A stretch of DNA of 64,000 nucleotides from an uncultured Candidatus Micrarchaeota archaeon (lineage in GTDB: Archaea > Micrarchaeota > Micrarchaeia > Anstonellales > Bilamarchaeaceae), in NCBI GenBank assembly GCA_963800555.1, contig CAWDBH010000008.1, positions 113,117-177,116 on the forward strand, given 5' to 3'. Of this stretch, positions 56,901 through 63,337 are shown in pieces. Position numbers and translations under genes: made by a program. Position 1 is the stretch's first letter, and each line of letters opens with the position of its first letter. Below the pieces are notes generated by a model. The model worked only from the letters and a program-made list of their open reading frames with translations. It was not told the DNA's origin and ran no database searches.

Positions 56901-57497
56901 ACCGCTATGGAGAAAACCAAGGCGATGATATGCTCGGATGAATCTGGTGATGCTATAGAGGCATCCAAACGCATTGGGATGTTCCCGCAAGAGCGGCAAC
57001 CCGAACTGATCGAAGCCGCCCTGCAATCGAAGTGGTGGAACTCGATACTTGACGGGATAGACGCGCTGGCGAAGCATCCGAATCTCCGGGACGAGAGATT
57101 GTGGAGCAAGGCGCTCGATTGGACGATGCGATCCCGTGGCTGCACCACCGAAACGATCCGCATGCACGCAGTGGAAATCGCCTCCTCCTTCCCTGCGGAA
57201 CGCTATCTCGCTTCGTTGGCGATGGCGAGTGCGCTGCCCGACAAAACCCATCTCGGGAATCTCATAAGGAAACGGCTGGAATCAGATAGAACAATTCCCC
57301 CCGCCATGATATCCCGCATCGCTGATTTGCCTGAAGGGCAACGGGCCGGGATGTATGACCTCGCGGTCAAATCCATAACCGCCAGGCTCGGTTCAAATGA
57401 TCATGGTATCGTGTCAAATGCGTCGGATTGCATAGGCAGCTTCCCGCCCTCGCTTCAAGTGGGCCTGATAATATCCACGCGCAGGTTCGCGACCTAG
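53970..57497 (+). CDS. Giant HEAT/ARM-like alpha-solenoid repeat protein (1175 aa), paralogue of the preceding gene
   Basis: Collinear similarity to the upstream protein from the N-terminus ('MAKTRFKPEN...ERLPESQLRDILTSL' vs 'AETTFKSEKP...ERLPESQLRELLSSL'). ATG 53985 aligns best with the paralogue's start. The ATGA at 53970 overlaps the upstream stop. Confidence 0.7.
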   Translation: MIVMFMAKTRFKPENAAKPEKTAGKPLSYWNGLLNDADLKPMKKPDPKLMVERLPESQLRDILTSLKHKNLSEARGAYMQDSDVELNRDVITSVAKWLDNLGDLHPEDAMEIVLAALDSSSDILRTTAYQNINMLPVSEQVRIIEKLAARPSEWSKLEMEMLDCVFEECSETDKAKLIRIALKSFSYRLQAMACENISLLPVNEQVDAVEKILAPDRRTRSEEFSKSIIKGFIEVLALCKEPAGQVRLINAALESSLEAVRMQACECIPMLEAGVCAGAIETALTRCDPDTARKAFERIGVCSQTEKSRLIKIGLKYRDKRICEQSFGLISGQPDEVDLLMEALESSHELPMRAAERACSLPENETLLIAASKCVTQAFHKDPETRGDILRLIPKFPAKYRADMVEAVLSAGDLINSISLIPEVLPLERRAKLWNAAGAAISCAIKSGEGMPVHEAIKLAIKLPKEHSPRVFWHIANSTNTDAHRQMVAMLDILPAEKQAAYLVQAFESYKSSSRKEAFERIFALPEAQQIELLECALESGYEDIRVMAARGKRDIPNNARLVLLPSLIRDLDSRISLGAVLAQPISKEARKSAVLSALESDDILVFLTALDLSIGLFSPEEMDTISWRSVFRKVKSAIGSSQYEVRMEAAEAIAAFDGRKKYKLTKRALGSRYLGVRQKAIEHTLDYPDIKRRNRLAKAALKSKYGDNVLKIAFELLAYKEETITNMKVPKLHKLAESRYLNVLFYSNPADHYVPRSLRSEVDDSFIAHSYVPRSLRCEMDDGFIAHAMEWPYSNHFSWLVDCAVRAGPKGSIAVAKKSLSDTKAIEAYKLGEALSTAIYRERYWADAIAYIPSFPNGCNWESRESLWRKASENAEKAICSGIKPKKAGMLLKTFPKEHWPALIALNKKVQHGPAAFYIAELAMELPEKCDKDTLSWAASQISLGLDSSDAEMRKRAILSFPAAGKIQQFGAIAWTTAMEKTKAMICSDESGDAIEASKRIGMFPQERQPELIEAALQSKWWNSILDGIDALAKHPNLRDERLWSKALDWTMRSRGCTTETIRMHAVEIASSFPAERYLASLAMASALPDKTHLGNLIRKRLESDRTIPPAMISRIADLPEGQRAGMYDLAVKSITARLGSNDHGIVSNASDCIGSFPPSLQVGLIISTRRFAT
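56228..56335 (+). repeat. In-frame 2 x 54-bp tandem duplication inside the second giant gene
   Basis: Copy 1 (56228-56281): 'ctatgttccccggagcttgagatctgaggtagatgacagcttcatcgcccattc'. Copy 2 (56282-56335): 'ctatgttccccggagcttgagatgcgagatggatgacggcttcatcgcccatgc'. They encode 'YVPRSLRSEVDDSFIAHS' and 'YVPRSLRCEMDDGFIAHA'. Confidence 0.85.
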
Positions 57498-57544
57498 ATG
57501 GAACTGTCTTCCAGCGCCCGCATCCTGGTTGGCTGGATCAGGCA

Positions 57545-57973
57545 TCAGCCCGTACCTGCCGTGATGAGCGCGATCTTGGCAGCCACCTCATCCACGAGAG
57601 GCGGGAGCTGGCCCGCGAACCGAGGATCCTTGTCGAAGATATCCTGCATCGGATTACACATGAGCCTAATGCGCAGCTCCGAGAGGAGTTCCGGATCATC
57701 GCTTTCATCTATCACTCTTTTCGCAAGTTTCATTGCTTCCGCATATGCTGTGCTCGCATTTTCTGTCGGGACCGATTTAGTTATCTTGCTTCTTATGCCA
57801 GTCCAACCTTCTGCGGCGCTGCTCTCTTTTATCTCCCGTCCTGCGGCAATCTGGAAAAGCCCACCTATCCTGGTTAAATCTGCTCTAATCGGTTTCAATC
57901 TATCGGTCGCCGGGTCAGGTAATTTCGGCATGACAGTTTCATGCCCGGTTATATTTGATGCAGCCAGTATCAT
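57545..57973 (-). CDS. Hypothetical protein (~142 aa)
   Basis: Minus-strand ORF with balanced composition ('AYAEAMKLAKRVIDESDDPELLSELRIRL'). Start taken at 'MILAASN' (ATG 57973), 10 nt after the upstream stop. Preferred over the Ser-rich antisense + ORF 57498-58277. Confidence 0.35.
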   Translation of the reverse strand: MILAASNITGHETVMPKLPDPATDRLKPIRADLTRIGGLFQIAAGREIKESSAAEGWTGIRSKITKSVPTENASTAYAEAMKLAKRVIDESDDPELLSELRIRLMCNPMQDIFDKDPRFAGQLPPLVDEVAAKIALITAGTG

Positions 57974-57983
57974 GATATCACCT

Positions 57984-58514
57984 TCAAACGCATGCCAACT
58001 CGATCCGCTTCTCCAACTCGCGGGTGACCTGGTCATGGAGCTGAGCCAAACCGTAATTATTGGCAGGGGCGCCGCACATCTGGTAAGTGGGGAGCGCTTC
58101 CTTCAGCTCAGAGAGTATCTCGATGCCCGGAAACTCGAGGCTGTGGGAGTTGTCCCTGGCATGCTTCAGTATGTAGCGTGCGAGCCTCATCGCTATCCGA
58201 TGGCTTTGTCTGGCCTTCTCTGTCGGAACCGATCCCAACGCTTCTCTCTCATCTGCCGCTATCACCAGTTCCGTTAATACTTTCAACCTACTCCGCAGAT
58301 GATACTCAATAACCCTGGGGGAATGCACGGCGTAATCCATCATCGACATCGGGCCGGGCAGAGCCGTGGGCGGCTGGCGCGGCACGATGTCATCCAATGC
58401 CGGATCCTTCGTCATCCTCCTACGGAGTCTTGCTTTTGAGCGGGTTATCATCTGTTGCATTGTCTCACCAGCAATAACCAGCACCAATGATATATTTATA
58501 GCTTTTATGTACAA
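57984..58514 (-). CDS. Hypothetical protein (158-176 aa)
   Basis: Minus-strand ORF. Alternative start 'MQQMITRSK' at 58460. No recognised domain. Confidence 0.4.
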   Translation of the reverse strand: MYIKAINISLVLVIAGETMQQMITRSKARLRRRMTKDPALDDIVPRQPPTALPGPMSMMDYAVHSPRVIEYHLRSRLKVLTELVIAADEREALGSVPTEKARQSHRIAMRLARYILKHARDNSHSLEFPGIEILSELKEALPTYQMCGAPANNYGLAQLHDQVTRELEKRIELACV

Positions 58515-58516
58515 TA

Positions 58517-59026
58517 TTGTGCATCATGTATCCTATCCTGGAAGATGCGTTTTTAAGGTATCCAATGCGCAGAAAGGTGGCCGAGCTCCTCCTCTGCCAG
58601 GGCTTGCACGTCGATAAAGACGAGAGGATATTTTCCGGCGCCATAGAGATAAGCCCGGTCAAGATCTCGCGCGCTATCTGGGTGGACCGTCGCGTGGTCC
58701 TCGAGACAGCGCAGATGATACGCGCTACGCCCGAACTCTTCGGGATATTCAATGGCCTTAAGCCGACATCCTCCATAAGGGGCGTTGCGAAGAGCCTGGG
58801 ATTCGAAGTGATCGAGATAGAAGCAGAGCCCCATGCGAAAGGGATCGTAAGCTCGGTCACTGCCATAGTGGCGGATGCGGGGATCAGCATCAGGCAGCTG
58901 ATTTGCGACGATCCGGACATCTACCCTAATCCGAAGCTCACGATCGTGCTCGAGAAGCGGCTTCCCGCGAACGCTTTCCTCAAGCTCCGGGAGCTGAAAG
59001 ACATCCGCAGGCTCTCCATAGAATGA
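58517..59026 (+). CDS. ACT-domain putative regulator of amino-acid metabolism (COG2150-like)
   Basis: 'YPMRRKVAELLLCQGLHV' is HTH-like at the N-terminus. The C-terminal 'GIVSSVTAIVADAGISIRQLICDDP' is ACT-like. It lies tail-to-tail with trpD. Confidence 0.55.
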   Translation: MCIMYPILEDAFLRYPMRRKVAELLLCQGLHVDKDERIFSGAIEISPVKISRAIWVDRRVVLETAQMIRATPELFGIFNGLKPTSSIRGVAKSLGFEVIEIEAEPHAKGIVSSVTAIVADAGISIRQLICDDPDIYPNPKLTIVLEKRLPANAFLKLRELKDIRRLSIE

Positions 59027-60010
59027 CTATACGAATCTCCGCACTTGCAGCAGCTTATCCCATGCAGCCGTAGAATCTATGGAGAGGCGTGCCATGGCAA
59101 GCCCCTCGCGGATGCTCTCCGCCTTATCTGCAACATAGATCGCAGCGGCCGCGTTCAGGCAAGCTATGTCTCGGGCCGGGCCGAGTTTCGCTCTGAGCAG
59201 TTCGGTGATTATGCTTGCGCTCTCTGCCTTAGACCCTGCTTTGGGCACTTCCCACCTTTCGATTCCGACCGATGAGGCGTCGAAGAGCGTCGTCTCCACG
59301 CGCCCGTACTTGAGTTCGCTCATCTTCGTGATGCCTAGCCCTATCTCGTCCATCCCTTCGGAATGCACCACGAGCGCCCTCTTAGTGCCGAGGTCCGATA
59401 AGACATGCGCCATCGTCTCGGTGAGTTCCGGATCGAACACTCCGAGGACCTGAGCGCTAGCTCCGGCCGGGTTCGCAAGCGGACCGAGGATGTTGAATAC
59501 CGTGCGCATCTCCAACTCCTTCCGCACGGGAGCCACGTTCTTCATGGCCGGGTGGAACAGCGGCGCGAACATGAAGCCGATCCCGGTCATCTCTATGCAG
59601 CGGCATACGTCCTCTGGTTCGAGCATTTTCACTCCCATCTCCTCGAGCACGTCGACCGAGCCGCTAGAGCTCGATACCGAGCGGTTACCGTGCTTGGCGA
59701 TCCTCACACCGGTTCCTGCAGCTATGAACGCCGCGGCGGTCGAGATGTTGAACGTGCCGGAAGAATCCCCTCCTGTGCCGCACGTGTCCACGAGCGGCTC
59801 AGCGGAAGGGCTGATGGTCCTCGCGTGGCCCCTCATGGCTCTGGCGAATGCAGCGATCTCATCTTTCGACTCGCCCTTCATCCTGAGGGCCATAAGATAA
59901 CCTGCGGCCTGGGCAGGAGTGTATCTTCCCTCGATCATCCTGTCCATGAGGCCGGTCGCCTCAGCAGGAGTGAGGTTCTGCCTCAGAACCAGTTTCTTCA
60001 TGCATTGCAT
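59027..60010 (-). CDS. trpD: Anthranilate phosphoribosyltransferase
   Basis: 'LTPAEATGLMDRMIEGRYTPAQAAGYLMALRMKGES', 'DTCGTGGDSSGTFNISTAAAFIAAGTGVRIAKHGNRS'. Start ATG at 60010 or 60001; the track ORF extends to 60043. Confidence 0.85.
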   Translation of the reverse strand: MQCMKKLVLRQNLTPAEATGLMDRMIEGRYTPAQAAGYLMALRMKGESKDEIAAFARAMRGHARTISPSAEPLVDTCGTGGDSSGTFNISTAAAFIAAGTGVRIAKHGNRSVSSSSGSVDVLEEMGVKMLEPEDVCRCIEMTGIGFMFAPLFHPAMKNVAPVRKELEMRTVFNILGPLANPAGASAQVLGVFDPELTETMAHVLSDLGTKRALVVHSEGMDEIGLGITKMSELKYGRVETTLFDASSVGIERWEVPKAGSKAESASIITELLRAKLGPARDIACLNAAAAIYVADKAESIREGLAMARLSIDSTAAWDKLLQVRRFV

Positions 60011-60095
60011 ATCCGCACCACACCCATATCTGTATAGATTCAATAATAATTGTATGCTACCCAGGATTCGCTTGGGGGTAAGGTGCCTTCGATAA

Positions 60096-60356
60096 TCATC
60101 CTATCCTGATATCCGGCTCGATCTTTCTCCAGTCCATGTTCATGAACTGCCAGAGCGTTTTCGTCGTCGAATCATACACCAGGTCGTTCTTGGATGCAAC
60201 CTCCTTCGGCCTGTCTATCTCTATGAGCGGGAATCGCCGCATGAACATTATCTCATCGCGGAAAGGGTTGCGCTCTATGACATAGATGCGCTTGCGCTCG
60301 GCCTTGACCTTCTCGCACCATTCCATGACCTTGTCTATCTCTTCTTTGGTGACCAT
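60096..60356 (-). CDS. Hypothetical small protein (86 aa)
   Basis: ORF with normal composition. No recognised domain. Confidence 0.45.
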   Translation of the reverse strand: MVTKEEIDKVMEWCEKVKAERKRIYVIERNPFRDEIMFMRRFPLIEIDRPKEVASKNDLVYDSTTKTLWQFMNMDWRKIEPDIRIG

Positions 60357-60409
60357 TTTTTCCCCTTCATGCGAACTGTATTATATAGTTTCCCGGTTTA
60401 ATAATAAAT

Positions 60410-60648
60410 ATGCCGAATGCAGATGACAAGATGAAAGCCGCGTTGAGCGCAGCTGCCAAAAGGCAGGCTTTGAAAGCAAAGAAAGCTGCCGCTCCAGAAG
60501 CGAAACCCCCCGAACCGATTGCACCTGAAAAACCCCCAATCCCGAAACCAGAAAGCCAAAGCGCTCCGGCCGCTTCGAAGAAGGAGGATATCTTCGACAT
60601 CATCAAATCCGTATTCACGGCCTGGTGGGTGTTCATCAAGAAGGATTA
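60410..60648 (+). CDS. Lys/Ala/Pro-rich small protein, 3'-truncated at the compositional junction
   Basis: 'MPNADDKMKAALSAAAKRQALKAKK...EDIFDIIKSVFTAWWVFIKKDY'. Beyond this point the frame reads through unrelated high-GC sequence. Confidence 0.3.
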
Positions 60649-61180
60649 CCGGGCCGCTGCCGTCGGCCGCGGCCGTCGCGGCGAATGCACCGTCCGAGCT
60701 GAAACTGATGCTCGTGACCGCCGCCGATGCGCCGTACAAATTGGCGATCGGAGCACCTGTCGCAGTGTCGATGAGACTCGCGGAGCCGTCTCCGTAACCG
60801 TAAGCGATGTCAGAGCCGTCGGGGCTGAAGGCGGCTGCTGAGACCTCGTCGCCCGGGAAGCTCGTAAAGCGACGCACCGCACGCAACGTGTCCGAATCGA
60901 GGAGCTGGAGGCTGCCGACCGCGACGGTCGGTCCAGCATACGTGGCTACCGCGAGGTACCTCCCGTTCGGGGAATAGGCGACGAGGTCGGAATTCGTTGA
61001 CGGCGTATGGCCGAGGAGCCGGCCGGTCGATGTGCTGTACACGGCAACCCCGGCACCGCTGGCCGATTGATACTGCACGCGCGCGACAGCGAGTCTCCCG
61101 CCGTCCGGGCTGACGCTCAGCGCTTGGATCTGCCCATATCCGTCTCGCTCAGCGGCGGCAGAACCGATGAATGTCCCCAC
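60646..61180 (-). CDS. WD40-repeat segment (continuation of the TIR gene in another frame; 3' end cut at the junction)
   Basis: Repeats 'LSVSPDGGRLAVA', 'VAYSPNGRYLAVA', 'AAFSPDGSDIAYG', 'ISFSSDGAFAATA'. The same frame stays open and WD40-like upstream to ~61297 ('IRTFAVDPHGPLVYISAG'). Confidence 0.6.
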
Positions 61181-62450
61181 ATCGTCTGAATAGCCAGTCC
61201 AAGTCTCGACGCCGTATCCAGTGCCGGCGCTGATGTATACGAGGGGGCCGTGCGGGTCGACCGCAAAAGTCCTGATCGCTCCCAGTCGGGGAGCTCTCGC
61301 GCACGATCGTGCCGGTCGTCGGGTTGCGGATCTCGACTCGGTCGGTCGTCGCGCTCAGCAGTTCTTTGCCACCGGTCGTGTACGTGATGAAGATCGCCCC
61401 GTCGCGTCCGGTGGATACCGTGCGTTCGACCGCGCCGGTGGTGGCGTTGGCGAGCAGGATCTGGCCGTCGCACAGCCCGACGGCGAGCAGGTTGCTGTTC
61501 GGCGCGGGGTCATACGCGACCCCGGGACCACCACAGCCCTGCACACCCGGGTTGAGCGGGTGGACGCGGTAGCGGATCGCGGAGGCGTCGAGTGCGCCGC
61601 GCAGCGCGAACATCGACCCGAGCGGCCCGTACGTCGGTTTGGTACGCACCGCCTGCATGCCGAGCAGCACCGCGAGCTCCGGGTTCGCGGACTGCTCGAC
61701 CTGACTCTCGGCTGCGAGCGCCTGTGCCTTCGCGCTCGTCTCGGCGGTGACTGCGTGGGAGCGGGAGATGAGCGCAAACACGAGCAGCCCGAGCGCGATC
61801 ACCGCGACCGCGAGGCTTGCGCCCGCGAACGTCCGCTGACGGCGTCCGGCGGCCTGCCGGGCGGCGAGGATGAACTCGCGCTCGAGGTCGGTTGGGCCCG
61901 GATCCTTGCCGGCGCTCTCGTGCAGCCACCGCTCTGCCGCCGCGAGATCCGACCCGCGCAGCAGCGAGCTGCCCTCCCGGCCCGAGCTGTCCCACTCGAG
62001 GGCACGGACGGTCAGCCGGGTGTGCTCGCGCTCCCAGTCCAGATCCGTGTCGATCGCGGCGAGCACCCGCTCGAGCGCCGTGTCGCCGTCGCCCGAACCG
62101 GCGCCGTTGCCGCTCTCGATCGGGATCCAGTTGCGAAACCGGATCTCCGCCGGGATCTGCGCGTCGGGAACCGGACGCAGGTTGACGGGCACGATCCGCT
62201 TGTTGAGCTCCGCCGCATGGGCGACCTCCTGCTCGCAATATGGAGACGCCACCGAATCCGGCGAGATCACGAACACGAACGCGTCCGAGCCCTCGATCGC
62301 ACGCCGCAACGCCAACGGGAACACCTCCGCGTCGCGGATCCCTTCCACATCGACCCACACGTCCTTGCCGCGGGCCTTCAGATCCTCGGCGAGTTGCGAT
62401 ACGAATTCCGAGTCCCGACGCGAATATGACACGAACACATCCGGCACCAC
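61149..62450 (-). CDS. TIR-domain / single TM / WD40 protein (N-terminal ORF; frame lost near 61290)
   Basis: TIR: 'DVFVSYSRRDSEFVSQLAEDLKARGKDVWVD...FVFVISPDSVASPYCEQEVAHA'. TM: 'ASLAVAVIALGLLVFALI'. Then WD40-like 'LLAVGLCDGQILLANATTG'. The last ~45 codons look out of frame. Confidence 0.7.
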   Translation of the reverse strand: MVPDVFVSYSRRDSEFVSQLAEDLKARGKDVWVDVEGIRDAEVFPLALRRAIEGSDAFVFVISPDSVASPYCEQEVAHAAELNKRIVPVNLRPVPDAQIPAEIRFRNWIPIESGNGAGSGDGDTALERVLAAIDTDLDWEREHTRLTVRALEWDSSGREGSSLLRGSDLAAAERWLHESAGKDPGPTDLEREFILAARQAAGRRQRTFAGASLAVAVIALGLLVFALISRSHAVTAETSAKAQALAAESQVEQSANPELAVLLGMQAVRTKPTYGPLGSMFALRGALDASAIRYRVHPLNPGVQGCGGPGVAYDPAPNSNLLAVGLCDGQILLANATTGAVERTVSTGRDGAIFITYTTGGKELLSATTDRVEIRNPTTGTIVRESSPTGSDQDFCGRPARPPRIHQRRHWIRRRDLDWLFRRCGDIHRFCRR

Positions 62451-62491
62451 CCACCTGACGCGCGAACCGCGATCATTCTTCCCGAGGACAG

Positions 62492-63337
62492 ATGACCTCG
62501 CTTGGCTGCATCCGGGCGTTCAGCTACGAACAGACGACGTTCACCTACGCGGATGTCATCGACGCGGCGGTCCGCTGGGGCGAATATGCGCGCCTGGAGC
62601 GATCGCTGTCTGAGCCGCGGACGTCGGCCGAACGACTGCGCGAGGCGGTGATCGCCTTCCGTCGCGATCGCGGTCTGCTCGCGGCCGACGACTACCGTCG
62701 TTGGCTCGAGGCGCGCTCGCTGACGGTCGCGGACGTCGACGCGCATCTGCTCGGCGCCCCCAGGGCGGTCGAGACCGAGGCGATCCTCGGTGGTGCGCTG
62801 CACGCATGGGCGCAGCGGCTCAGTCGCTGCGCCGCCGCGATGCGCGCGCTCGGAGGCGATCTCAGCGCCGCGCCTCTCTCCGAGTTGCTTGCGGCCGAGG
62901 ACAGGTTTCGCACGCGCGTCCTGATCGACGATCGGCTCGAGCGCGCGTTGGCCGGTCACCGGCAGGACTGGCAGCTGCTGCGCTGGCGCGCGCTTGAGCT
63001 GCCGTTCGAGGACGCCGCACGCGAGGCGGCGCTGCTCGTACGCGAGCAGGGAATGCCGATGTCGGAGGTGGCGACGCTCGCCCACATCGATCCGCACGAG
63101 CGCGCCGCGTACTGCGAGGATGTTCCCGAGGTGTCGGCGGCGTTGATGGGAGCAGGTACGGGAGAGATCGTCGGACCGCTGCGTGTCGGGACGACCTGGC
63201 TGGTGGTGGAACTCCTTGAACGAGTCCCGCCCTCGTTGTCCGATCCCTGGATCCGCGAACACGCGGAGCGCGAAGTCCTCGACGACGCGCTCGAGCGTCA
63301 CCTGCCCGGCCGCGTGAGGTGGCATGTCGAGCTCTGA
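62492..63337 (+). CDS. PpiC/SurA-like (parvulin-related) protein, possibly a peptide-maturation accessory protein
   Basis: High-GC ORF. The C-terminal 'GEIVGPLRVGTTWLVVELLERV' resembles the end of a parvulin domain. It overlaps the start of the downstream cNMP-domain gene by 14 nt. Confidence 0.4.
   Translation: MTSLGCIRAFSYEQTTFTYADVIDAAVRWGEYARLERSLSEPRTSAERLREAVIAFRRDRGLLAADDYRRWLEARSLTVADVDAHLLGAPRAVETEAILGGALHAWAQRLSRCAAAMRALGGDLSAAPLSELLAAEDRFRTRVLIDDRLERALAGHRQDWQLLRWRALELPFEDAAREAALLVREQGMPMSEVATLAHIDPHERAAYCEDVPEVSAALMGAGTGEIVGPLRVGTTWLVVELLERVPPSLSDPWIREHAEREVLDDALERHLPGRVRWHVEL

Noticed and set aside
57498-58277. 259-aa plus-strand ORF following the giant genes
   Set aside because: It is Ser/Leu-rich and low-complexity. 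The two minus-strand ORFs covering the same DNA have more protein-like composition and a sensible stop-start spacing. Confidence in either strand remains modest.
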